From the NCBI RefSeq assembly GCF_056746865.1, contig NZ_CM163382.1: 64,000 bases of DNA; one strand, 5' to 3'. Positions 19,437-28,474 of this stretch are shown piece by piece. Position numbers and translations under genes: made by a program. The first letter of the stretch is position 1, and the number at the start of each line of letters is the position of its first letter. The notes beneath the pieces were generated by a model. It saw only the letters and a list, made by a program, of their open reading frames with translations, had not been told where the DNA came from and made no database searches.

Positions 19437-20503
19437 GTACAGAAATGAAAACGGGGCTGGTGCTGTCCGGTGGCGGGGCGGTGGGCGCTTATCAGGCGGG
19501 AGTGGTTAAGGCACTGGCAGAGTGTGGTACACAGATCAGCATGGTTTCAGGGGCCAGCATTGGCGCATTCAATGGTGCCATTATCGCGGCCTCTCCCGAT
19601 CTGTCAGAAGCTGCCGTACGCCTGGAGGCGCTCTGGGATCATCTGGGGAATAATCAGGTGCTGTCGGTAAACAGATTGGTTTACTTTTCATTGCTGAAAA
19701 AATTGTTCCAGGCAATGAACCTCTGCCAGATCCCCGGACGTGCAGGAGCACTGCTTACGACGCTTCTTCGCCATATATCGACAATCAACGGGTTTGACAA
19801 TCTGATGGCTCAGCCGTTGTTGTCAGATGAGCCCCTGACAGCGCTGATGGATCATTATCTTGATACTGATGCTCTGGCAGACGGGCTACCGCTGTATGTG
19901 TCGCTGTACCCCACAGAAGGGGGCATGCAGGATATTATTGACTGCATTCGTGCTGAACTGGGTGTCGGAACCACGAAAAACGCCGTTTTTCAGCATATCC
20001 AGAGCCTGCCCCGCGGACAGCAGAAAGAGGCTCTGCTTGCGTCAGCCGCGCTGCCCCTGCTGTTCCGTCCCCGTGAGGTTCAGGGGACAATGTTCGGTGA
20101 TGGTGGTATGGGAGGATGGCGAAATATGCAGGGAAATACCCCTGTGACGCCTCTGGTCGATGCCGGATGCAATATGGTGATTGTGACGCATCTGAGTGAG
20201 GGTTCTTTATGGGATCGCCAGGCTTTTCCGGACACCACAATCCTTGAGATCCGTCCCCGGAAAAGGCTGAAATATGCAGGTGATGGTGGCAACAGCGGCG
20301 GTCTGCTCAGTTTTACATCGGCACATACCGACGCCTGGCGTCAGCAGGGCTATGAAGACACGATGCTGGCGATGGAGCATATCCGGAAACCGCTGGCAGC
20401 ACGTCAGGCACTGACCCGGTCAGAGGCGGTATTGCAGAAAAGCCTGGATATAACGGAAGAGGCAGATTTGGCACTGAGAAACGCGATGGCCCGGATTAAA
20501 TAA
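19433..20503 (+). CDS. patatin-like phospholipase (356 aa)
   Basis: Oxyanion motif LSGGGAVGAYQAG, nucleophile elbow G-A-S-I-G (Ser42, nt 19556-19558), catalytic Asp in FGDGG (Asp223, nt 20099-20101). ATG overlaps the upstream stop (gcATGA). Confidence 0.85.
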   Translation: MSTEMKTGLVLSGGGAVGAYQAGVVKALAECGTQISMVSGASIGAFNGAIIAASPDLSEAAVRLEALWDHLGNNQVLSVNRLVYFSLLKKLFQAMNLCQIPGRAGALLTTLLRHISTINGFDNLMAQPLLSDEPLTALMDHYLDTDALADGLPLYVSLYPTEGGMQDIIDCIRAELGVGTTKNAVFQHIQSLPRGQQKEALLASAALPLLFRPREVQGTMFGDGGMGGWRNMQGNTPVTPLVDAGCNMVIVTHLSEGSLWDRQAFPDTTILEIRPRKRLKYAGDGGNSGGLLSFTSAHTDAWRQQGYEDTMLAMEHIRKPLAARQALTRSEAVLQKSLDITEEADLALRNAMARIK

Positions 20504-20836
20504 AGACGCCCCAAAGAAACGCCACCGCCTGTGGTGGTGTTTTTCCTGTCTGGTGTTATTGAAAATATTTTCATATATATATTACCTGAGAGAAAGTTTT
20601 ACCCCTCACCTGTCAATTCACTCACTGGAAATTTAATTATGAAATTACCTGTAAAGTTATTAATGAGCCTTATATCTCTGGTCAGCGTTATTGCACGTGC
20701 CGGGGAATATAAAAATTACAGCCGGGATGAAATAAAATACTGGCGATATACATCATACAAGGGGGGGAAACTTCCGGAAGGTTTCACTGATGAGAAATTT
20801 TCCAGCGCCATTTACAACGGAAGAATATTTACAATG

Positions 20837-21322
20837 AAACGTTTACATACCCTTATGTTATTTCTGGCGGTTCTGTTCACGGGCTTTAACTTTAACGCAG
20901 AAGCGGCTACCGTAAAACAAGCTCTTAGTTGTAACCCGGAAGCCTGGGCTGAACAACCTGGAGCGTGTCCATCAACGTACGAGTTGTACGAAGGTGACGC
21001 TACCTACAAAGCCGCTATCGACAAAGCATTAAAACCGGTCGGACTGAGCGGCATGTTCGGTAAAGGCGGCTATATGGATGGCCCTGGTGGAGGTATCACG
21101 CCAGTAAACATTAACGGTACAGTCTGGTTCCAGGGCGACGGTTGCAAAGCCAATACCTGCGGCTGGGACTTTATCGTAACACTCTATAACCCAAAAACCC
21201 ATGAAGTTGTTGGCTACCGTTACTTTGGTTTAGATGACCCGGCCTACCTGGTTTGGTTCGGTGAAATTGGCGTGCATGAATTCGCGTATCTGGTGAAAAA
21301 CTACGTAGCTGCGGTTAACTAA
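20837..21322 (+). CDS. secreted Ivy-family-like protein (loop CKANTC in place of Ivy CKPHDC)
   Basis: Signal peptide MKRLHTLMLFLAVLFTGFNFNAEA. Mature protein resembles E. coli Ivy in KAA...KGG and CKxxxCG blocks. ORF extends upstream to 20531/20639 with a second signal-like segment, so start is uncertain. AT-rich DNA. Confidence 0.45.
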   Translation, partial: KRLHTLMLFLAVLFTGFNFNAEAATVKQALSCNPEAWAEQPGACPSTYELYEGDATYKAAIDKALKPVGLSGMFGKGGYMDGPGGGITPVNINGTVWFQGDGCKANTCGWDFIVTLYNPKTHEVVGYRYFGLDDPAYLVWFGEIGVHEFAYLVKNYVAAVN

Positions 21323-21337
21323 TTTAAGGAGTCTATC

Positions 21338-21748
21338 ATGAAAACTTTTATCAAAACTTTACTCGTTGCTGTAACTATTCTGTTCTCTGTCTTCGCTACT
21401 GCGAAACAAGTAAAACTGCCAAATAACATCAAATACGTTAATACTACAGAAGCGTTTTCCTGTACCGAAATTGACGGTATGAATTGCCAGACAAAGAATC
21501 AGTTCAACTATAAAGATAACAGCTATGTTTTCGTGCTTGAACGTGGTGGTGCCTGGTGCTACGACTACACTGTCTCGGTAGTTAACCTGAAAACCGGGAA
21601 AGCACAAATGATTGAATACGGGGACAATCAACTGTGCTCAGGTAGCAACAAACCGTTCTTCGAAATCAAAAATGGCGTACCGACGGTAGGAGTCATCGAC
21701 ACATCCGGAAAACCTGTCGTTGTAGCCCAGGACAAACTTAAAATCTAA
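21338..21748 (+). CDS. small secreted Cys-containing protein, unknown function
   Basis: Signal peptide MKTFIKTLLVAVTILFSVFATA; GGAG before the ATG; 15 bp after the previous gene. Confidence 0.5.
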   Translation: MKTFIKTLLVAVTILFSVFATAKQVKLPNNIKYVNTTEAFSCTEIDGMNCQTKNQFNYKDNSYVFVLERGGAWCYDYTVSVVNLKTGKAQMIEYGDNQLCSGSNKPFFEIKNGVPTVGVIDTSGKPVVVAQDKLKI

Positions 21749-21891
21749 GGAGTAAACCATGCGTTTCTCTGCACATTATTAATATCAAAGGTAAATACAG
21801 CCCCAGCCATTGTTACCGGAAAGCCGCTTAATGCGTGGCTCGCCAGTGAAAGGCCTCTCAGACAATAAACCTTATTCATTTCACCCGTCAG

Positions 21892-21925
21892 GCCGCGTCT
21901 TCTCCGGGAGACGCGGCTTTTTTCA
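21892..21925 (+). terminator. rho-independent terminator after the secreted-protein genes
   Basis: gccgcgtct...agacgcggc stem followed by tttttt. Confidence 0.6.
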
Positions 21926-21968
21926 TTTATTGCACCAGTAAATCTTAACCACCGATAAGGAGCAAAGT

Positions 21969-22790
21969 ATGCGATTAGCAAGTCGTTTTGGTTATGCTGC
22001 AAACCAGATACGCCGTGACCGTCCGCTGACACATGAAGAACTGATACGCCATGTACCCAGTATTTTTGGGGAAGACCGGCACACCTCCCGCAGTGAACGG
22101 TATGCGTACATTCCCACCATTACCGTCCTGGAAAATCTGCAGCGGGAAGGCTTTCAGCCGTTCTTCGCCTGCCAGACCCGTGTGCGCGACCCGGGCCGCC
22201 GGGGATACACAAAACACATGCTGCGTCTGCGGCGGGCCGGAGAGATAAACGGAGAACATGTCCCTGAAATTATTCTGCTCAACTCTCATGACGGTACCTC
22301 CAGCTACCAGATGCTGCCGGGTTACTTCAGGTTCGTCTGCCAGAACGGGTGCGTCTGTGGCCAGTCTCTGGGGGAAGTGCGTGTTCCACACCGGGGAAAT
22401 GTAGTGGAGAAAGTTATCGAAGGGGCTTACGAGGTGGTGGGCGTGTTTGACCGGATAGAGGAGAAGCGTGATGCCATGCAGTCGCTGGTCCTGCCGCCAC
22501 CGGCACGCCAGGCGCTGGCACAGGCGGCACTGACTTACCGTTATGGTGACGAACATCAGCCCGTCACCACCGCCGACATTCTGACGCCGCGACGCCGGGA
22601 GGATTACGGTAAGGACCTGTGGAGCGCATATCAGACCATCCAGGAGAATATGCTGAAAGGCGGGATTTCCGGTCGCAGTGCAAAAGGAAAACGTATCCAT
22701 ACCCGGGCCATTCACAGCATTGATACCGACATTAAGCTCAATCGCGCATTGTGGGTGATGGCAGAAACGATGCTGGAGAGCCTGCGCTGA
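21969..22790 (+). CDS. DUF932-family protein (YfjQ/YafZ-like)
   Basis: 273-aa ORF in the conserved CP4-type order before the antirestriction gene; AAGGAG ribosome-binding site. Confidence 0.65.
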   Translation: MRLASRFGYAANQIRRDRPLTHEELIRHVPSIFGEDRHTSRSERYAYIPTITVLENLQREGFQPFFACQTRVRDPGRRGYTKHMLRLRRAGEINGEHVPEIILLNSHDGTSSYQMLPGYFRFVCQNGCVCGQSLGEVRVPHRGNVVEKVIEGAYEVVGVFDRIEEKRDAMQSLVLPPPARQALAQAALTYRYGDEHQPVTTADILTPRRREDYGKDLWSAYQTIQENMLKGGISGRSAKGKRIHTRAIHSIDTDIKLNRALWVMAETMLESLR

Positions 22791-22871
22791 TGCCGTTTCC
22801 CTGAGTGAGGGAATCATTCAGCTTTCGTTCCTGAAAAACACACATTTATTTGTTATTTAAGGAGTTATCTC

Positions 22872-23351
22872 ATGAAAACCGTTTCTCAGAATACCCCCAC
22901 AATTTATTCAGCTACAACACCAGAGAATAATCCGCCTCAGTTGGTTGCCAGCCTCGTCCCTGATGAACAGCGCATCAGCTTCTGGCCGCAGCATTTTGGC
23001 CTCATTCCACAGTGGGTGACCCTGGAGCCCCGTGTCTTCGGCTGGATGGACCGTCTGTGCGAAGACTACTGCGGTGGTATCTGGAATCTGTACACCCTGA
23101 ACAACGGCGGGGCATTTATGGCACCCGAACCGGATGACGATGATGACGAAACATGGGTACTGTTCAATGCCATGAACGGTAACCGCGCAGAAATGAGCCC
23201 GGAAGCCGCCGGTATTGCCGCCTGTCTGATGACGTACAGTCATCATGCCTGTCGTACGGAGAATTATGCCATGACGGTCCATTATTACCGGTTGCGGGAT
23301 TACGCCCTGCAGCATCCGGAATGCAGCGCCATTATGCGCATCATCGACTGA
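22872..23351 (+). CDS. antirestriction protein, KlcA/ArdB family (YfjX/YeeS-region paralog)
   Basis: 159-aa ORF with acidic stretch PEPDDDDDETW, typical of this family and position. Confidence 0.7.
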   Translation: MKTVSQNTPTIYSATTPENNPPQLVASLVPDEQRISFWPQHFGLIPQWVTLEPRVFGWMDRLCEDYCGGIWNLYTLNNGGAFMAPEPDDDDDETWVLFNAMNGNRAEMSPEAAGIAACLMTYSHHACRTENYAMTVHYYRLRDYALQHPECSAIMRIID

Positions 23352-23843
23352 ATGGAGAGAAGCACAATGCAACAACTTTCCTTTCTGCCCGGAGAGATGA
23401 CGCCCGGCGAGCGCAGCCTCATTCAACGGGCCCTGAAAACCCTGGACCGCCATCTTCATGAACCCGGCGTGGCCTTCACCTCCACCCGTGCAGCACGGGA
23501 ATGGCTGATTCTGAACATGGCGGGACTGGAGCGTGAAGAATTCCGGGTGCTGTATCTGAACAACCAGAATCAGCTGATTGCCGGTGAAACCCTCTTCACC
23601 GGCACCATCAACCGCACGGAAGTCCATCCCCGTGAAGTGATTAAACGCGCCCTGTATCACAATGCCGCTGCTGTGGTGCTGGCACACAATCACCCGTCCG
23701 GTGAAGTCACACCCAGCAAGGCAGACCGCCTTATCACGGAACGTCTGGTACAGGCACTGGGCCTGGTGGATATCCGGGTGCCGGACCATCTGATAGTCGG
23801 TGGCAGCCAGGTTTTCTCCTTTGCCGAACATGGTCTGCTTTAA
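23352..23843 (+). CDS. RadC-like JAB/MPN domain protein
   Basis: JAMM motif HNHPSG and upstream E (REVIKRALYHNAAAVVLAHNHPSGEVTPS). Confidence 0.8.
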   Translation: MERSTMQQLSFLPGEMTPGERSLIQRALKTLDRHLHEPGVAFTSTRAAREWLILNMAGLEREEFRVLYLNNQNQLIAGETLFTGTINRTEVHPREVIKRALYHNAAAVVLAHNHPSGEVTPSKADRLITERLVQALGLVDIRVPDHLIVGGSQVFSFAEHGLL

Positions 23844-23905
23844 CCCGTCACAACCACATCACACCTGTTTTCACTTTTATCTTCTGTCTTCAGAGGTATC
23901 CCACT

Positions 23906-24127
23906 ATGAAAATCATCACCCGTGGCGAAGCCATGCGTATTCACCGTCAGCATCCGGCATCCCGTCTTTTTCCGTTCTGTACCGGTAAATACCGCTGGCA
24001 CGGCAGTGCTGAAGCGTATACCGGTCGTGAAGTGCAGGATATTCCCGGTGTGCTGGCCGTGTTTGCTGAACGCCGTAAGGACAGTTTTGGCCCGTATGTC
24101 CGGCTGATGAGCGTCACTCTGAACTGA
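23906..24127 (+). CDS. yeeT: YeeT-family protein (DUF987)
   Basis: MKIITRGEAMRIHRQHPASRLFPFCTGKYRWHGSAEAYTGREVQDIPGVLAVFAERRKDSFGPYVRLMSVTLN. Confidence 0.8.
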   Translation: MKIITRGEAMRIHRQHPASRLFPFCTGKYRWHGSAEAYTGREVQDIPGVLAVFAERRKDSFGPYVRLMSVTLN

Positions 24128-24206
24128 GTCAGTAAGGGCATTCTGATGAGCAGAATTATCGCCATTACCGGACCGTTCTTAACCGATTTTCTGTAAGGAT
24201 TTTATC

Positions 24207-24575
24207 GTGTCAGACACACTCCCCGGGACAACACTTCCCGACGACAATCACGACCGCCCCTGGTGGGGGCTGCCCTGCACCGTGACGCCCTGTTTCGGGG
24301 CACGTCTGGTGCAGGAGGGTAACCGGTTGCATTACCTTGCCGACCGCGCCGGTATCAGAGGCCTGTTCAGCGATGCAGATGCGTACCACCTGGACCAGGC
24401 CTTTCCGCTGCTGATGAAACAACTGGAACTCATGCTCACCAGCGGTGAACTGAATCCCCGCCATCAGCATACCGTCACGCTGTATGCAAAAGGGCTGACC
24501 TGCAAAGCCGATACCCTCAGCAGTTGTGGTTACGTTTATCTGGCTGTTTATCCGACGCCCGAAATGAAAAATTAA
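24207..24575 (+). CDS. cbeA: CbeA/YeeU-family antitoxin (type IV toxin-antitoxin, cytoskeleton-bundling)
   Basis: 122-aa ORF matching the YeeU family in its conserved position upstream of cbtA. Confidence 0.8.
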   Translation: MSDTLPGTTLPDDNHDRPWWGLPCTVTPCFGARLVQEGNRLHYLADRAGIRGLFSDADAYHLDQAFPLLMKQLELMLTSGELNPRHQHTVTLYAKGLTCKADTLSSCGYVYLAVYPTPEMKN

Positions 24576-24663
24576 CTCTCCAGAATAGCCTTCTGCTACG
24601 GCCTGGTGTTTTCACCACGCCACTTTTCCATTTTTATATCTGCATATCAGGAAAATCTTCAGT

Positions 24664-25037
24664 ATGAAAACATTACCTGTATTACCCGGGCAGGCGGCCA
24701 GTTCTCGCCCGTCTCCTGTTGAAATCTGGCAGATACTGCTGTCCCGACTGCTGGACCAGCACTATGGCCTCACACTGAATGACACACCTTTTGCCGATGA
24801 ACGTGTGATTGAGCAGCATATTGAGGCAGGCATTTCACTGTGTGATGCGGTGAACTTTCTCGTGGAAAAATACGCGCTGGTGCTACCGACCAGCCGGGAT
24901 TCAGCGCCTGTACCCGCTCTCAGTTAATAAACAGCATCGATATCCTCCGGGCTCGCAGGGCGACCGGCCTGATGACCCGCGACAATTACAGAACGGTAAA
25001 TAACATTACCCTGGGTAAGTATCCGGAGGCGAAATGA
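24664..25037 (+). pseudogene. cbtA: CbtA/YeeV-family toxin gene with a 1-bp deletion (frameshift)
   Basis: N-terminal 80 aa match CbtA, then the frame breaks near 24883 (gtgctaccgac where gtgcgtaccgac is expected). The canonical C-terminus INSIDILRARRATGLMTRDNYRTVNNITLGKYPEAK is present in the +1 frame, ending at 25037. Confidence 0.7.
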
Positions 25038-25228
25038 TGACACTGGAAGCCGACAGCGTTAACGTACAGGCGCTGGATATGGGGCACATTGTCGTTGACA
25101 TTGATGGTGTTAATATCACTGAACTGATTAATAAGGCCGCTGAAAACGGTTATTCACTCCGCGTGGTGGATGACCGTGACTCTACCGAAACACCGGCAAC
25201 TTATGCCAGCCCTCACCAGTTGCTGTAA
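25034..25228 (+). CDS. yeeW: YeeW-family protein
   Basis: 64-aa ORF MMTLEADSVNVQALDMGHIVVDIDGVNITELINKAAENGYSLRVVDDRD. Confidence 0.7.
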   Translation: MMTLEADSVNVQALDMGHIVVDIDGVNITELINKAAENGYSLRVVDDRDSTETPATYASPHQLL

Positions 25229-25384
25229 GACAATGCAGTGATGCAGGGTATAGTGCCATTAACCACAGAAACAGCACTGTTGTCCTGTATTAAGCAGGCA
25301 AGAGAAGATGTCCTTACCCTGCGCCATCTGCAGCTTCTGCACCAGAACCGGTGAATCTCACTCAACAGGCTTCATTTCCCCTGA

Positions 25385-25415
25385 CGCCAGCCTGAATACA
25401 GCTGGCGTTTTCATT
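25385..25415 (+). terminator. rho-independent terminator downstream of yeeW
   Basis: cgccagc / gctggcg stem followed by ttttcattt. Confidence 0.55.
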
Positions 25416-25612
25416 TATAAACAGAAAGGAAAACCGATAATAATGGAATGGACGCCCCGACCATGAAGCAACGGTAGGATATTACTGATAAACCTTCCAG
25501 TGGAGGTGCGTTATGGCCGTTTTAACGATTAGCATTGACCTGACAAAAAATGAATTCCAAATCCACGGTCTGGGTAGGAACAGAAAAATCTAAGCTCAGA
25601 AAACGGATTAAA

Positions 25613-25785
25613 GTAAGCGTCAACGGAGCACCGTATTGACGCTTATTTATTGGTGAGAACTACGTTCCATGGCAGGAGTTCGTCAACACGGTTGGAGGGC
25701 CATTCCGGCAGTATGCTCAGAATATGGCGCAGATACGCTTCCGGATCGATACCGTTCAGACGGCAGGTGCCTGCTTTTCCGGCAA
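25613..25785 (-). mobile_element. IS66-family remnant: terminal repeat plus last ~40 codons of a TnpC (yoeD-like)
   Basis: GTAAGCGTCAACGG terminus at 25613. Minus-strand translation of 25653-25780 gives ...GIDPEAYLRHILSILPEWPSNRVDELLPWNVVLTNK, an IS66 TnpC C-terminus distinct from the 7245-9682 copy. Confidence 0.6.
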
Positions 25786-25799
25786 CAAGCAGGAATCTC

Positions 25800-26025
25800 A
25801 GCGCTGAAGCAGGAATTAGAGGTAAAAACGCCCTACCGGGCCATGAATCACCCGGTCATTGGAGTAGTAACCAAAGCAGATTTAGCCAGCATGGAACAAA
25901 TATCTTTGGTGAAAAGTTGGTTACGGGAAGCTGGAGCGCACAACGTGTTAGTAACCAGTGCAGTTAATAACAATGGAGTTACAGAACTTTTTGCCTTGCT
26001 GCATACAGAAGAAGGCTGTTGTTAA
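25800..26025 (+). pseudogene. EutP/PduV-like GTPase fragment (yoeF-like)
   Basis: C-terminal-like segment NHPVIGVVTKADLASMEQISLVKSWLREAGAHNVLVTSAVNNNG with no credible N-terminus. Confidence 0.35.
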
Positions 26026-26125
26026 TTTCGATTGGTTCTCAGATGAGAATGATGACGGTGATACACAGATAAGAATCAATGAGCAATGAGGGTTACCGGG
26101 CAACCCTCATTGAATAAAACGGGAA

Positions 26126-26455
26126 TTACTTCGCTTCGCCGTTTTTCATTTCGCCCATAGCTTTCAGCTTTTTGGAGATATCGCGGCGTTCTTTGGAGAG
26201 CTCGGCATTTTTGATGATGTAATCGTCAACGCGATCTTCATAGTCACCTTTCATGCTGGCGATGATGCCCTGGATTGCTTCAACGCTCATCCCTGGCTTG
26301 ATGTAATCGCTCAGGTTGTCCAGCAACAGGACGCGCTTCTGGTTGTCACGGATCTTTTTCTCAACGTCCTGAATTTCACGTTGCAGTTTGTTCTTACGAC
26401 GGAACAGACGAACAAATTCCAGTACGTCCTGGAATGAAGGCTTGGTAGTTTCCAT
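26126..26455 (-). CDS. yeeX: DUF496 protein YeeX
   Basis: [41 protein letters not shown]...; start codon placed at 26453-26455. Confidence 0.9.
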   Translation of the reverse strand: METTKPSFQDVLEFVRLFRRKNKLQREIQDVEKKIRDNQKRVLLLDNLSDYIKPGMSVEAIQGIIASMKGDYEDRVDDYIIKNAELSKERRDISKKLKAMGEMKNGEAK

Positions 26456-26626
26456 TTTTATACCCCTGATAATGTGAGAGTCGGATTCGTTTAAGCAACC
26501 GCTATTCGTTAGGGCCAACATTACTCATAGCTGCCGCAGATGACAATGCTTTTATCCCTTTTCACTATCATACCCTTTATCCTTGCTGAATCGAAGCAGC
26601 AGCAAGATGATTCTGAAGTTCAGGAA

Positions 26627-27685
26627 TTATTTGCGCAAGGCCCGGCAAATCAGATTCGATAGCAACTCAAGCTGATGTGCCGTTTCCATGTTCAGCCACA
26701 CATAACCATAGATTGGTGTTTCCACAACCTTCAGGTCATGGTGGTTATCGAGCAACTGACGCAGCTCTTCCACAGCATCGTTCAATTTTTCCGTATTGGC
26801 AAAAACCGGCTGCGGATTACCTTCGTACAGCGCATGAACAAGGCTCAGCAGTATTTGCTGCATCATGTGCTGGGTATCACGAAGTTTTTGCGCGTTCAAT
26901 AACACGAAATGGCTGGGGCGCGTGGCCCAGTACGCATTGATTTGCAACTCCAGCATACAAACCAGATTGCGGTTAATGGTCTGGATACCTTCATATATCG
27001 ATTTGGGAATACGGGTTTCTTTGCTGGCGGGCGCAATCAGCCCACGCATTTTCACGGCATCGGTCAGCAGTTTTTGTAGATGGCTTTCCAGACGTGGGCG
27101 TTCGAGTAAGTTCGGTGAGAATGCAGATTGATAGACCCGATTATACTCGGTCAGACTTTTCGCCAGTTGAATGCGCCAGTGGATGAACGCCCGTTGTGGC
27201 CAGATACCGGTAAACAACATTGCCAGTAAAGAGCCGAGGATCACATCGCCGCTTCGCCATAACGCCGTATCAATTTCACCTGTCGGGGAACCCACAACAA
27301 TTGCCAGCGTCACCCCAATCAATAATCCTTGATACGGTTTCTTGCCCAGCGCCAGCCAACCGCAAAGAAACATCGCCGCCGCGCACCAGACTAACATCAG
27401 CGGTAACGAAATTAACTCCAGTTGCAGAGCGATAAGACCTAAAATCGACCCCAACACCGTACCGCCAATACGTTCGAAGGCACGAGGGACAACGTTCCCC
27501 CAGAACGAGATTGGCCCCATAATCACCACCATGGTGACCAGCGGCCAGGTGCTTTCCGGGATAGTAAACAGGCGGATAATGAGAAAAGTGAGCAGGAATG
27601 CCAGCGCGACCCGAGTACCATGCACAATGCGGTAATGGCGGTATACCCGGATTTCAAACGGGCTTAATGACTTATCGGCACGCAC
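26627..27685 (-). CDS. yeeA: inner membrane protein YeeA
   Basis: 352-aa multi-transmembrane ORF in conserved backbone position. Confidence 0.85.
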   Translation of the reverse strand: MRADKSLSPFEIRVYRHYRIVHGTRVALAFLLTFLIIRLFTIPESTWPLVTMVVIMGPISFWGNVVPRAFERIGGTVLGSILGLIALQLELISLPLMLVWCAAAMFLCGWLALGKKPYQGLLIGVTLAIVVGSPTGEIDTALWRSGDVILGSLLAMLFTGIWPQRAFIHWRIQLAKSLTEYNRVYQSAFSPNLLERPRLESHLQKLLTDAVKMRGLIAPASKETRIPKSIYEGIQTINRNLVCMLELQINAYWATRPSHFVLLNAQKLRDTQHMMQQILLSLVHALYEGNPQPVFANTEKLNDAVEELRQLLDNHHDLKVVETPIYGYVWLNMETAHQLELLSNLICRALRK

Positions 27686-27882
27686 TCAGAAACTCCGTAA
27701 TGAAGATGAAAAGCGCTCATAACACATCTGTCGGCCAGAAGGCGCGCCTCTGAGTTATCCGACGGACATACCGGGAACAGTGTAATTTCCCGGCAGGAGC
27801 GAAAAATTTGAAAGGCGCATCTTACTCTTTTCGCTTTCAAAAAAAGAGTGGTCTTCGCGTTAACACACCGCCCTGAGATGAA

Positions 27883-28356
27883 TTAGTGATGTTTTGGCTG
27901 CACCGCAACATACATTTCGATATCCCAGTACCCATCTTCCGCGCCATTGTTCAAGTAAACCTCGAAGCAGGGCTTTGGTAACATTTCATAAGCACTGTCC
28001 TGCAAGAGGCTATTAAAGAACTGATACCAGGGTTTAGCAAAATCATCACCGACTACACGAGCCACCGCCACCGCATATTGACCACCTGAAATTTCTGTCA
28101 GAATGACGCCCTCACTGTTTTCGGGGAGCGTAAAGTTATTCGGTACCGTCACGACGGTGTCGCAGCGTAATTTTTCGGCGGGTGTTTCATCCGGATTGTC
28201 GTAATAGACAGCAACCCACTCCTTCGGCACAATATTTTTGCTATCTACCCACATCATCAACTGCTCAAAACCTTTCTTTACCGTCTGTTCCCACGGGCCA
28301 ACGAGATGGAAACCTGCAACGGTACGTTTCTCTTCCTGCTTAATCTCGTAGTTCAT
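27883..28356 (-). CDS. sbmC: DNA gyrase inhibitor SbmC (GyrI)
   Basis: 157-aa [39 protein letters not shown]... Confidence 0.92.
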   Translation of the reverse strand: MNYEIKQEEKRTVAGFHLVGPWEQTVKKGFEQLMMWVDSKNIVPKEWVAVYYDNPDETPAEKLRCDTVVTVPNNFTLPENSEGVILTEISGGQYAVAVARVVGDDFAKPWYQFFNSLLQDSAYEMLPKPCFEVYLNNGAEDGYWDIEMYVAVQPKHH

Positions 28357-28474
28357 GACGCCTCCATTGATGCTGTTTTTATATACAGTATAGTTGCAAA
28401 ATTAAAACCACAAGGAATGAGTGTTGATTATGCGAGCAGACTCGCACTCCTGCCAGTCTGCTGCAAAAGAAAGG

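Noticed and set aside
20531-20836. Upstream extension of the Ivy-like ORF containing a second signal-peptide-like segment (MKLPVKLLMSLISLVSVIARA)
   Set aside because: Could be a genuine longer pre-protein or a fused upstream small gene, but two consecutive signal-like segments in one protein are implausible; the start at 20837 is preferred and the extension is left unresolved.
21975-22817. 280-aa minus-strand ORF
   Set aside because: Antisense to the DUF932 gene; no start context or homology.
22908-23831. 307-aa minus-strand ORF
   Set aside because: Lies entirely antisense to the KlcA-like and RadC-like genes, which have recognisable motifs; high-GC antisense frames are commonly open by chance.
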